Shown here: one piece after another, positions 52,101 to 63,520 of the stretch
Position numbering within the stretch: the first letter of the stretch is position 1
Layout: each line of letters begins with the position of its first letter
DNA from: Rhodosorus marinus CCMP1338
Taxonomy: Eukaryota > Plantae > Rhodophyta
Assembly (NCBI GenBank): GCA_029953675.1
Contig: JAMWBK010000010.1
Span: forward strand, 868,001 to 932,000
DNA length: 64,000 nt
Direction: 5' to 3'
Notes under the pieces: model-generated
The model's input: only the letters and a program-made list of their open reading frames with translations
Told to the model about the DNA's origin: nothing
The model's database searches: none
Made by a program: the position numbers and the translations under genes

Positions 52101-53104
52101 TAGAACGGACAAAGCCGGCGGCCCTTCATCGAAACTTTTTGAACCCCTTCTACCGCTTACCTGCCAGTGACTCCGCCTTCTTCCCTGGGCGAATGACTCG
52201 AAGAGTTCGATACCCGATTTCAGCCATTACGGCTCTGCCGACCGATCTTGACAGTTCTCGTACTGGTTTCTCTCCAGTAAGTGTGTGAAGAAGTACCTAT
52301 TGCGGACCATGAGGGCTCCCATGAGTTGTTTAATGACCAAATTTTTGCCTCCGAGCAAGTGAGAACTTCGATGCTTACGGTTTGTATCCCAAGAGCCGCC
52401 GCAGTTTCTGGTTCTAAACGCATTAGGTAGGATACACCCTCATCGAAGCGCCCATACACTTTAGGTGCACTAGTGTTAATCATCTCCGTCAGAGCTTTTG
52501 CGACGACGGGTTGCCAAGCCTCCGCAAATCGCTCCAATCCTTTTAGCATTGATCCATATCGACCATCCGAAACCGTATATCGTGAAAACATCTCCATCAC
52601 GTCTTCTTTTGACTTCTGCTCATTGCGTATTTGCCTCATCACTTTTTCCTTCAACTTCGGGTCATTGGGAATCGTGAAGTTTGCTGGAAGGAAAACATCC
52701 TCTTTACCCACCAAGTCTCGCAGGCGAAGATTCGGTGTTAGTTCGACATTACTGTTTCCCAAGCCATCGGCTGCTTCTTTGGGGTCTTGCATTCTCCCGG
52801 CCCTCAAAGCCTCCTCCTCCAGCGATTCCAGCGCAACAACTGGTGATGAATCCCATTTGTTCTCTACAACCTCTAGCAAGGTGTCGAAAAAGGACTCGCT
52901 GGTTCCAATTTCGTTTTTCTCGCGTTTTCCATCCACGGCGTACAGCAGGGCACTGGTAGGTTTGTCGCTTTCATCCTGGAGAGCGACAGAGCTTGAACCC
53001 TCACCAGATACATGCCGGGTGGAACTGATTCTACGTATAGCAGGCTGAACTGCGCTTCGGATAAACCTCACCGTGCTGGTGGTGAGCTCCACTCTGTGCA
53101 ACAT
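49104..53104 (-). CDS. RPOT: Phage T7-type single-subunit organellar (probably mitochondrial) RNA polymerase, multi-exon
   Basis: [29 protein letters not shown] (motif A), [15 protein letters not shown] (motif B), [14 protein letters not shown] and AVHDSFWT (motif C), C-terminal YFFD-stop. Arg/Ser-rich N-terminus resembles a mitochondrial presequence. Confidence 0.96.
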
Positions 53105-54828
53105 CTTGCCCCGATTCTGCTCCCTCAACTCTACCCAACCAGGGCGCGAAACCAAAAAACCACGGCAATATCCGCCGCTTTTAGATTTCGGCACACCCCA
53201 CACCCCCCACTCAAAATATTCTTTGTTGAACCTTTCAGCTCAGCAGACTACCGCTTCATGTTACATAACGAAAGCAACTCGCTCATCTCGAAACCCCTAC
53301 CCCCTCGCCCCCATCCATACATCCCGCTCTCATCTGAAAGGAACAGAGTAGACCGCTTCCGTCAAATGCTGAAAACACATCCGCTTCCGCCCCGCCTGAA
53401 AGCCACCAAATTTCCGCATCCTTTTTCCCTCACAAACCGAAATATCTTATTTTTCATAAATAAATATACACATTTCGTGCGAAACCTCTTACGATTCGGT
53501 TGCCCCCGGCCCGGTAAACTAAAAAACCAAAAAAATGTTAATCCGAAATCGATGCCACGAAAAAGCGATGAATGTCGTCTATTTATTTCCATTTTTCTTT
53601 GTTTTGGTGCGGAGCTAGAGGTTCTCTTCGGGTGGGTTTTTTTCCATCAAATGGTCCTGACGTGACTCGGTAACTCCGAACTTGGGACAATATTGCCTCA
53701 AAATATGGGTAAAGTGGTAATTTGGGCTTGTGATGTTCAGGTTCAACCCCTTTTCTCGCACCCGCTCATTTTTGGGAATCTTCGCTTTTTTGCTTAGAAG
53801 AGGGTGGTGTCGAGAAATCCTGAGCGGGTCGGTCCGGGCGTAGAAGATTATGGTGGCTAATCTAAATAATCTTAGAATTAAGGTGCCCGTTCGGATCGTC
53901 GAAAACATTTAGGAAAAGCCTGCCGGTTCTAGTCCAATTATCGACAGAATGTAAACGTTTAAACCGGTTATTAGTATACGCGTGTCTTTAAATGACGCGT
54001 GGTGTATATGAATTGGATATACTTAAACCGCTTAAACAGATGATTGGTTGATAGAGAAATACGGGTATTCCATCCCGTATGAGTGCGTTACTTGTGGAGT
54101 ATTGCACCCTCCCTCCTCAAGCATTAGCCGGCCATGCCAAACAGCGCGTAGAGGGTGATGCATCCCCATGCTGGCAGTCGATCATTCATCACGGCCCTCA
54201 AAACACTAACCAGCACCTGGGAAAATCAACCCCCACCTCAAAAGAGCTGAAGATAAGCTGTGGCCTCTTTAGTTCAGCTCCAAAGGTTCTTTCGAACTCC
54301 TCGTCGACACCTGCTGAGCGCACAAGCAGAACAATGGGGTGGCAAACTCCACTACAGCATATCAGTACTCAGCTGCTCCGTTCGATGACGGCGAAGAGTG
54401 CATCTAGGGATAGTTCCGCGAGGGACTACCCCCCCCGCATCTCATCTCGGAAAAGGGTACCCAAGGATCGACCTCCCGCTCCAAAGCGCACCCCTTGGCA
54501 GGCGGAGAAGAAAGCGCCATGACCTTCATCGTGGAATGTTCCGGTCTGGACCAGCATGAAATCCCTGAGATACATGGCTTATCGCATAGGGGCACTCGGA
54601 TGACGATCCCTTCGAAGGCAGAGAAGCGTGCATAGTGCGAACCTCTCGCAACTTCATGATGAGGATATGGAGGTGTGGTTGATGAGGATGGTGGTGGTTG
54701 GCCGTGCAAGCCTTTGGGTTGTAAGGACATAGGCTCACGGAGCGCCAAGACAATCTTCTGGTATTGAGGAAGCAAGAAAGAGGTTTTCTTTTTGCGGGCA
54801 GGAGCATTGGGTTTCTGTGCCACTGCAG

Positions 54829-55654
54829 ATGGCTTCACTGTATGAGGAATTCAAACCTAGCAGGGGCGGGAAGTATGTTGATCGTCGATTTCGCGGGTCG
54901 CCGGTTAGTAGCTCTTCAAAAAATGGATTTCCACGCAGTGCTGTTGTGTTTCTTTTCCGTATCTAAAGCAGTCACCAAAAACCCTGTCTTCTTTTTGACG
55001 GAATTGGGCTTCTTTGTTCTGTAGGAGGAGAGGGCGGCGAAGTTGGCGGCGTCTACAACCCTCTACGTTGGGAACCTCGCCTTCTATACATCGGAAGATC
55101 AGCTGTGGACTGCATTCTCGCGATTTGGGGAAGTCAAGCGGGTTATTATGGGGCTTGATCGGAATCTGAAGACACCCTGCGGATTCTGTTTTGTTGAATA
55201 CTATCGCAGGGAGGACGCTCAGAACGCGATTTGGATAATCAATGGGGTCAAAGTCGACGATAGGTTGATTCGCGCGGACTGGGATGTCGGATTTGAACCC
55301 GGTAGGCAGTATGGACGGGGCAGATCTGGTGCGTGGCTGGCAAAGGCTTGTAAAGGCGCTCTAGTCCAGTTATATCTTACATTTTGTTATGCGTACAATG
55401 GTCTAGGTGGTCAAGTTAGGGACGATGTCAGATCTACCTATGATGCGGGAAGAGGTGGATACGGCAAGGCGGCTGTGGAAGGGTATGGAGCACGCAACGG
55501 TATGCAGCTGTGGGGTCCGGCTGGTGAGCCTGATGCGATGAGGGATGATGAGGGCCCTGGGAGAAAACGTGGCCGAGAGGAGGAGCCAATGGTTACGGAC
55601 GCGCCAGAAGACATTCAGAAAAGGCGAATCTTCCGAAGGGGAGGGAATCGGTAG
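54829..55654 (+). CDS. NCBP2: Nuclear cap-binding protein subunit 2 (CBP20); 3 exons
   Basis: MASLY...YVDRRF | [58 protein letters not shown]|[15 protein letters not shown]. Confidence 0.96.
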
Positions 55655-55717
55655 CGGCTGTGCTCACCGTGATAGCGGCGCACGGATTAAGGGCATCTCC
55701 ACGCATCCAATTTTTTT

Positions 55718-57492
55718 CTATTCGAAGTCCGTTGCCATATCGCTTAGAAGCTCGCTTGTCTCGAGCATGTATGCGTGATCAATGCCAGCAGATGATGACG
55801 GAAATATTTTTTTCGAAGCCATTCGCAACTCTCGAGACCAATTTGAAGCCGCCTAAGGACAAGGAAGAGAAGAACGGAGTCCACTAAGCACATACCTCCC
55901 ATGTCAAGGAGCAAGCGCCGGGTGCAACACCAATCCGCGGCGCCCAACAAACCAAACTTTTGCAGACGTGCAAATTGTTCGCTGGAATGGGTATTGTCTA
56001 TGGTTTATCTCAATGAATAATAAAGCTTGAGGCGCCAAGCTCACCTGATGCCCACCCTTTGCGTCAGCGGAGAGAACCGAGAGCACTCCGCATGATTCAC
56101 ATTCGAAGTCCTTTCCTTTAGCTTTCATCCGCAATGCTGATGCGGCATTGTCCAGAAAGTTGCCGTCCCTGTCTACCGCTGCGCTGAAACGGTGGGGGAA
56201 AGGAACCGGAATGGGTAGAACCGAAGACTTGATGATTGAGGCTTCACTGCATTCGCTCTCCGCAAAATCCTCGTTGCTTGGGAAAGCGACACCACGAGAG
56301 CAGATGACAGTTGATTGGTAACTTCGCGAATCGACAGCGGAAAGATCAGATCCCTGGGAAATAAGACCGTTCAGCGATTTGCTGCTAGTTTGTCATCACC
56401 CCGATGCATTGAACCGGCGAATGTACTTACCAACGACGGAGTCAACGAGCGAAACGCAGGTGAGGCTAAATCCAGTGGACTGTCTTGTTGCAGTCGCATT
56501 GGAAAGATAAGATCTGCCCGGCTTACCTTCCAGGATGGACGAGTGCGCAACCTGTCGACGAGTTCCAGAAGCGACATCTGTTCCTTCTTTCGCAGGGGTA
56601 GGGACGCCATCTCGACTCCAACGGCTAGAGTTGAGGAGCTGTAGTATGGATTGAACACGTCAACCAAATTGAAGTGCTGGAAAGTGTTCGCGTCCCACTG
56701 AGTAGCGGAAAACGGAATCAAATGCTGGTCGAGGCGGGCACAAACCGCTGCAAGCCATGCATCGTTTAATCCGCTCTGGAGCTTCGACGGGGACCTCCTG
56801 CGCTGTCCACATCCGAAAGTGACGCCCGGGGGACCTGGAAACTCATCCTTTAGCGCGGTAAGCACAGAGTCGGCTACACCGGTATAGCCAGTATCAGACT
56901 CACAGAGGGTCATAACCCCGCTGAGATTATCACATTGCTCTGCTTGCCACCTGAAGGCATCGACGATGTCGTCCTCCCGTTCCGCTGTTACTAACTCTTG
57001 GCCATTTGTGAACAGCGCGGGCGGACGTCCATGGAAAGTTCCATCTAGTTGCAGATAGCTCCGATCGCTGAAGACTTCTTTGCAGTAGTCCGTCCAATAA
57101 GCAAGAAACTCTTCAGAAAATGGTAATTCGCCCTCCGGTAACCGAAGGTTTGTCCCTTCCACGCCAGCTTCCTCTTCAACACTCTTCATGAACTCGGTAG
57201 GTTCTATCCTCTCCTGTACATGAATAGACGAAGCACCGCCCCAGGAGAGGTCCACCCTCTCCACATGCTGATGGCTCCCATGGTATTGCGGTCGACTTCC
57301 AAGACTACCCTTTGAATCAATCAGCAATGCTCGGGGTCTATACGAACCGCCCAAACTCTCACTGTACAAACTCTCTGGAGACAGATCCCCTCCAAACGCG
57401 GAACCGAACAGTTCATTCTGAAAATTCCAGTAGTGAGCCCCGACAAAATTTGCCAAAGATCCGATCTGAACGACGATGAGATCTCTTCCCAT
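55718..57492 (-). CDS. MSTO1: Misato/DML1 tubulin-like protein, multi-exon
   Basis: MGRDLIVVQIGSLANFVGAHYWNFQ, YRPRALLIDSKGSLG, YWTDY, FRWQAEQCDNLSG, PYYSSSTLA, PIPVPFP. Downstream exons were spliced manually to a stop at 55718. Confidence 0.88.
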
Positions 57493-58227
57493 CACAAGGC
57501 ACAAGGCTGAGAGAGCACCACGAGCCCTAGTAGCTACTCGGTCGCTTCTAAACAGCGACAGAAACCACCACCTGGGAATCAAGATGCGTTCCTTTCCATT
57601 CTCGCAAACCGCCGGATCCCTTTGGCTGCATGCGAACTTCCTCAAATGATTCAGAACGATGAAACGGTATTCGCTTCTGTTCAAGTGACCATCCTTTCAA
57701 CGATGTCTCCGCTTCAAATATACTGTAGCATAAGACTCATTCATGGCTCATAAGTAAATGAAGGCCGTTACTCTCTTAAGGAACTTTATTGACCACAGTT
57801 TTCTGGAATCTTTGACGTCTTTTGTTGATTGACGTTCTCGTGGGTGCCTTACTGAGAGCTGAGCCATAGGTAGCCACCACTTTGTTTCCAGAAGTGTTCA
57901 AGAGGCCTCCTAACCTCGGGACTGAGCATTAGCATCAACGCTGTCTCTATTTGAGTGAAGCACACGTAGCTAGTAATTGAGGAATTGCAAATGAATACAT
58001 TCATTCGGCATTGATATCTGCGACAGAAGGCCGTTTTCTAGTTCAGGGCAGAATACAAAGGTCGCTTCCTCCTGCCTTTATTCAAGCTTAGCTGCACAAA
58101 TAGAACGGCAACATGCCCACTATAGCTGTGAAGGCGTGACAAAACAAGCAAAAAACACACACCAAAAACAACCAAAAACAAACCAAAAAACGCAAAACAG
58201 AAACGAACAGCAGCGAACGTGAGGAGC

Positions 58228-59184
58228 TCACTTCTTTCCTGTGTCGGCATTGTGATTTCCGTATATCGATGTAAAACAGTCACAAGGGATGCCCTCCGAA
58301 TCTAGTCGTAACCCAAACACCTGTGCACCGGACGGTGTTGACATTCCGAAAAACAGCTCTGAGCTCTCACCGATCACTTCCGGTACACATGCGAACATGG
58401 AGTCTCGCATGGGTAAGAGTGTCCTGTCTGCCCCAAACATATTGTTGAAGTGGGCATCCTCATCCGTCGGCTCGCAATATTTCTTCTCTCCACCGCTAAG
58501 TGTCAGTGCCATAGACGATGTAGGTTCTAGCGATGGAATCTCCTTGATTCTGTTGATCGGGGTAGTGGATTCGTCTATCGGCACCTTGTCTGGTATGGTG
58601 TCGTCTCTGTATGAGCAGATATGAAACTCTGTCAGCCGCCGCTTAGGCTTGTCAGGAAGGGGCTCGTAGAAAGCAAGAATCAGTCGGCGACTGAAGTCTG
58701 TGGTGAAGAAGTTGACTTCGACTATCCACTTGCCGTTTTGCGGGTTCCATTGCGCTGTGGACTGCGCTGCTAACCCCGGCATAACGTACGAAGTCCTTGT
58801 TGGTCCTTTGAAATCATCGTAGGTTAGCTTCTTAGCTGGTCCGTGATACTCCTTGTTAGCCGTCTTTCGGCCTTCCCATGTTCCGCTATCCGGGGTATCC
58901 TCAGGAAATTTGATAATATAGTGCAAGTCTCCTTTGTCCTTGGGTTCTTCAAGCCTGCCTTGCTTGAACTCCCTTTTCTCGTAAGTACCAACCCACTCCC
59001 CGCCCAGTAGACCTCGCACCAAGTCCCATTGCTCCTTGTGGACATCTTCCTGAGTCATTATGTTGGCCGCTTTAAGCGCCGCAGCCATCCTCCGCCTCTG
59101 CGGCACTGGCCGGTGCGTACATTGCGCCACATCCGAATATTTCAATGAATGAGCGGATGTACCGCTGACGAAACAGACGTCCAT
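58228..59184 (-). CDS. Tandem paralogue A: putative plastid-targeted DUF3598/BFA1-like (calycin-fold) protein
   Basis: MDVCFVSG... transit-like start. EQWDLVRGLLGGEWVGTY, EVNF..DFSRRLILAFY and TLLPMRDSMFACVP..ELFFG resemble the cyanobacterial DUF3598 pattern (QW...LGxWxGS / RRLRLVQLY / LLPDG..CP). An in-frame upstream ATG exists at 59454. Confidence 0.6.
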   Translation of the reverse strand: MDVCFVSGTSAHSLKYSDVAQCTHRPVPQRRRMAAALKAANIMTQEDVHKEQWDLVRGLLGGEWVGTYEKREFKQGRLEEPKDKGDLHYIIKFPEDTPDSGTWEGRKTANKEYHGPAKKLTYDDFKGPTRTSYVMPGLAAQSTAQWNPQNGKWIVEVNFFTTDFSRRLILAFYEPLPDKPKRRLTEFHICSYRDDTIPDKVPIDESTTPINRIKEIPSLEPTSSMALTLSGGEKKYCEPTDEDAHFNNMFGADRTLLPMRDSMFACVPEVIGESSELFFGMSTPSGAQVFGLRLDSEGIPCDCFTSIYGNHNADTGKK

Positions 59185-59671
59185 GTCGTGATCGAAGATA
59201 AATCCGTTCGTTCGATTCGAAGGATAATGAGTTCCAGACGCACTAGCCCACCACTCCAAACGCAGCAGCATATCTGAGGTGGATACCTCAAGAGCAAGGC
59301 CATCCCCATTTCGGCTTCCTTCCAATTTGTACCCCCAGACCAGCGTAATCCGTTTGTTCGATTCGAAGGGTAATGAGGCAAATACGCGCTGGCTCACCAC
59401 TCCAAATTCCAGGTCAAGCATATCCGAAGTGGACAGCTCAAAGGGTACGGCCATTGCCGTCAGCGAGCAATCCCAATTTAGATTCCGTTTCCGTCGAAAA
59501 ATGATTCCATATCAAAGTTGATTTCCGTTCCCATTCTGTTTAGAAATTCAATTATACTGTGCCGCACAATCGTTTGCACTCTCGTTGATTGGTCATAGAG
59601 GTGCTTAATACTACAAAACTCTCGAAAATGAGAGACTCGGGGTTGACAAAGAAGAACCTACGGATAGCGGA

Positions 59672-59857
59672 TGAGGGAGGTGCTTGTTGGCTTCTTTGGG
59701 CCTTTCTGAACAACCCAGGGCGTCTTGATAGCCTCCTCACGGAGCTCACGGAGCTATCCTTGACCCTCTGGCGCGTTGCTTTATTGTTGGACGCGCGTCA
59801 TCAGCGTCATGTTTCTCGCTTCTCAGGGTTGTTTGGCTCTGAATAAACGGATGATGA
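59672..59857 (+). mobile_element. Short 5'-truncated copy of the retroelement 3' end seen at 31100-31280, inserted in the paralogue A-B spacer
   Basis: Reads NNPGRLDSLLTELTELSLTLWRVALLL...RFSGLFGSE-stop, then ACG(GAT)3. CGGATGA occurs on both sides (59668-59674 and 59848-59854). The segment is missing from the homologous B-C spacer. Confidence 0.6.
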
Positions 59858-60581
59858 TCCGGCTCATCTTGATACGTTTTCGAACTAGTAAGAATATGAA
59901 TGAAATTTCGTATAGAATTTAATAGAGGCCATGCTTTTTGTTGGGTTTTTCTAAGGGGTCTGCTGTTTCCGAAAATGGGCCATCAGCAGGTTTGATGAAG
60001 TCAGTGGAAGCCAGAGGGTAGTAAATATGTTTTCAACTTTGTGGAACGAAATTTTGACAGCTTCAAAGATCATGTAACGAGATACCCGAGTTTTCCCCGA
60101 CGTGAAGCTCGGGGTCAGACCCTGATGCAACCCCAGGTACTATGAGAAACTTCAACGACCACAGTTTTTGCAATCTTTCAGGTATTTTATTGATTGACGT
60201 CCTAGTGTGTGCATTACGAAGAGCTGATCCATAGGTAGCCACCACTTTGTTTCTAGAAGTGTTCAAGAGGCCTCCTAACCTCGGGACTGAGCATTAGCAT
60301 CAACGCTGTCTCTATTTGAGTGAAGCACGCGTAGGTAGGAATTGAGGAATTGCAAATGAATACATTCATTCGGCATTGATATCTGCAGCAGAAGGCCGTT
60401 TTCTAGTTCAGGGCAGAATACAAAGGTCGCTTCCTCCTGCCTTTATTCAAGCTTAGCTGCACAAATTGAATGGCAACATTCCTACTATAGCTGTGAAGAC
60501 GTGACAAAACAAGCAAAACAACAACCCAAAAACAACGCAAAAAACACAAAACAGAAACGAACAGCAGCGAACGTGAGGAGC

Positions 60582-61526
60582 TCACTTCTTTCCTGTGTTG
60601 CCATTATGATTTCCGTATATCGATGTAAAACAGTCACAAGGGATGCCCTCCGAATCTAGTCGTAACCCAAACACCTGTGCACCGGACGATGTTGACATTC
60701 CGAAAAACAGCTCTGACTCCGAGCTCTCACCGATCACTTCCGGTACACATGCGAACATGGAGTCTCGCATGGGTAAGAGTGTCCTGTCTGCTCCAAACAT
60801 ATTGTTGAAGTGGGCATCCTCATCCGTCGGCTCGTAATATTTCTTCTCTCCACCGCGAAGTGTCAGTGCCATAGACGATGTTGGTTCTAACGATGGAATC
60901 TCCTTGATTCTGTTGATCGGGGTAATGGATTCGTCTATCGGCACCTTGTCTGGTATTCTGTCGTCTCTGTATGAGCAGATATGAAACTCTGTCAGCCGCC
61001 GCTTAGGCTTGTCAGGAAGGGGCTCGTAGAAAGCAAGAATCATGCGGCGACTGAAGTCTGTGGTAACGAAGTTGACTTCGAGTATCGGGTTCCGTGGCGA
61101 TGTGGAATGTCCAACTACCCCCGGTAAAAAGTACGCTGTCTCGTCGTTTTTGAATTTTTCATAGGTTAGATTCTTAAAACGTCCTTGAAACTCCTTATTC
61201 GCCGTCTTTCGGCCTTCCCATGTGCCGCTATCTGGGGTTTCCTCAGGAAATTTGATAATATAGTGCAAATCTCCTCTGTCCTTGGGTTCTTCAAGCCTGC
61301 CTTGCTTGAAATCCCTTTTCTCGTAAGTACCAACCCAATCCCCGTCCAGTACAACTCGCACCGAGTCCCATTGCTCCCTCTGGATTTCTTCATGCGTAAG
61401 CACGTTGGCCGCTTTAAGAGCCGCAGTCGTCCCCCTCCACTGCGGCATTGGCTGGTACGTGCAGCGCTCAGTATCCGAATATTTCAATGAATGAACGAAT
61501 GTACCACTGACGAAACAGAGATTCAT
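60582..61526 (-). CDS. Tandem paralogue B (DUF3598-like)
   Basis: MNLCFVSG... start. Colinear with paralogue A; the C-terminal half is nearly identical at nucleotide level. Confidence 0.6.
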   Translation of the reverse strand: MNLCFVSGTFVHSLKYSDTERCTYQPMPQWRGTTAALKAANVLTHEEIQREQWDSVRVVLDGDWVGTYEKRDFKQGRLEEPKDRGDLHYIIKFPEETPDSGTWEGRKTANKEFQGRFKNLTYEKFKNDETAYFLPGVVGHSTSPRNPILEVNFVTTDFSRRMILAFYEPLPDKPKRRLTEFHICSYRDDRIPDKVPIDESITPINRIKEIPSLEPTSSMALTLRGGEKKYYEPTDEDAHFNNMFGADRTLLPMRDSMFACVPEVIGESSESELFFGMSTSSGAQVFGLRLDSEGIPCDCFTSIYGNHNGNTGKK

Positions 61527-61962
61527 GGCGTAATCCATTCGTTGGATTCGAAGGATTGTAGGTCCCGTACCCACAAAGCCGCCGCTCCAAACGCAGTAGC
61601 ATATCGGAAGCGCATATAGCTCAAGAGCAAGGCCATTGCCATTTCGACTTCCTTCCAATTTATAACCCCAGATTAGCGTATTCCGTTTGTTCGATTCGAA
61701 GGATAATCAGTCTCATACGCACTAGCCCACCACTCAAAACCCAGCAGCGTAGAGGCGAAGTGTATCGACTTCAGCTACGATGCTGGGTAGGGGGGTAGCT
61801 CAAGGGGAAAAGGCCAATATTGCGATTTCGGCTTCCAGTTTTCCATTCCATTTCCGTCCAAAAATTGAATGGAAATCAACTTTGATGGGCGTTAGAACTA
61901 CAGTGGTACATTCCCATAAATTGTTCCACCCTCATTGATTGGTCGTGTACTTGCTCAGTTCC

Positions 61963-62240
61963 GCAAAAAACTTTCAAAAATGGGAGACTTGGGGGTATCA
62001 GGAAGAATCCACGATCAGCAATCATTTTGAGCGTGTTGTCAGACAACGAAAACACCACGCACGAAATTTCGAATAAAATTAATACAGGATTTGTTGGAGT
62101 TACAAAAAAACCATCAAAAATGATAGACTCGCGGTATCAGGAAGAATCCGAGATGATCAATCTATTTGAGAGTTTTTCAGACAACGAATTACTTACATGG
62201 ATGAAATTTCGAATAAAATTAATAGAGGATTTTTCCTTTG
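61963..62240. repeat. Diverged tandem duplication (~140 bp x 2) in the B-C spacer
   Basis: CAAAAATG..AGACT..GGTATCAGGAAGAATCC...CAGACAACGAA...GAAATTTCGAATAAAATTAATA.AGGATTT occurs at ~61963 and ~62101. Confidence 0.85.
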
Positions 62241-62569
62241 TTGGATTTCCTTATGGGGGCTGTTCCGGTGTTACGGCGTTGAGGCTCGGCCTTGCGTAAG
62301 GAGTGTACTTCTCCTTAGTTTGGGGGGGGTGTTGCATAGCCTTCGAATAAAGGTTTTGGTTTTGGTTTCCGAAAAAAGCTTCAGTACTTATTGAGAGGTC
62401 AGTGCAAGCCCAGGGGGACGTAAAATACTTTGAACTCTTTTTCGAACGAGGTTCGAGAGCAAACAGCTTCAAACAAATTTTCCCCATGCAACGAGATACG
62501 GGAAATTTTCTCGGATATTAAGCTCGGGGTATCTACCAGGCCCGGATGTAAAGCGAGGCACCCACCCTA

Positions 62570-63520
62570 TTAAGCCTTTGGTCTACTGTTGTGATTTCCG
62601 TAGATCGAAGTAAACCAGTCACATTGCACGCCATTTGAATCCAGTCTTAGACCAGCTACCTGGGCTGAGGATGGCATTATCACCCCGAAATACAATGATG
62701 AATTTGCACCGACCACCTCCGGAACACACGCAAACATTGAGTCCCGAAGCGGTAAGATCTTCATGTCAGGGTTAAGCATCCCTGTGCAATGGGTTTCCTC
62801 ATCTGTAGGGTTATAATATTTTGTCTCTCCACCGCGTATGGTCAGTCCCAGGCAAGCAACCGGTTCTAGGGACGGAATTTCCGTTATTCGATCGATTGCA
62901 GTTGGCGACTCGATGGCCGGGACTTTCTCTGGCACGTTACTATCTCTGAATGCACCGGTTAGACAGCTTTTCAGCTTCAGAGTTTGCTTGTCATCTATAC
63001 ATTCGTAGGTAGCAATCATCATGCGGCGGCAATAGTCTGTGGAGACGAAGTTGATTTCGACTCCATTAAACGGCGACTTGGTCCCCCACCAGTTCTGCCC
63101 GACAACACCTGGGAGGATGAATTGACGGCCAAGCTTAGATCCGAAGTTCTCGTAGCTAATATGCAGAATTTGACCTTGTTTCTTCTTGTCAGCCATCTGC
63201 CTCCCTTCCCATATACAGCTATCAGGGTCATCATCTGGAAAAGAAACAATGTAGTGCAGCTCTCCAATGTCCACCGGTTCACCCAGCTTGCCATCCTTGA
63301 AATCTTGTCTCCAGTACTTCCCAAGCCAGCTCCCAGGCAGGATAGTCTTCATTGAGTCCCATTGGTCCCTACGAATCTCTTCTTGGGTCATCATGTTCGC
63401 AGCTGGGGAGGATGCAAGTCGCGTTCTTCCGCTCCTTTTCGTCGAGTCGCATCTGCTTAACGCAGCGTCAGAAGCCTTCGCAAAGAGCGCAGAGGTGTGT
63501 ACAATGAAACAGCTTTCCAT
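62570..63520 (-). CDS. Tandem paralogue C (DUF3598-like), most diverged copy
   Basis: MESCFIV... start; DQWDSMKTILPGSWLGKY, EINFVSTDYCRRMMIATY, ITEIPSLEP, LPLRDSMFACVPEV, FTSIYGNHN. Intronless 316-aa ORF. Confidence 0.65.
   Translation of the reverse strand: MESCFIVHTSALFAKASDAALSRCDSTKRSGRTRLASSPAANMMTQEEIRRDQWDSMKTILPGSWLGKYWRQDFKDGKLGEPVDIGELHYIVSFPDDDPDSCIWEGRQMADKKKQGQILHISYENFGSKLGRQFILPGVVGQNWWGTKSPFNGVEINFVSTDYCRRMMIATYECIDDKQTLKLKSCLTGAFRDSNVPEKVPAIESPTAIDRITEIPSLEPVACLGLTIRGGETKYYNPTDEETHCTGMLNPDMKILPLRDSMFACVPEVVGANSSLYFGVIMPSSAQVAGLRLDSNGVQCDWFTSIYGNHNSRPKA

Noticed and set aside
52473-53665. Plus-strand ORFs of 191 and 217 aa
   Set aside because: Antisense to RPOT exon 1 and its promoter; low-complexity translations.
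57493-57684. 64-codon N-terminal extension of Misato
   Set aside because: It starts at TTG; family homology begins at ATG 57492.
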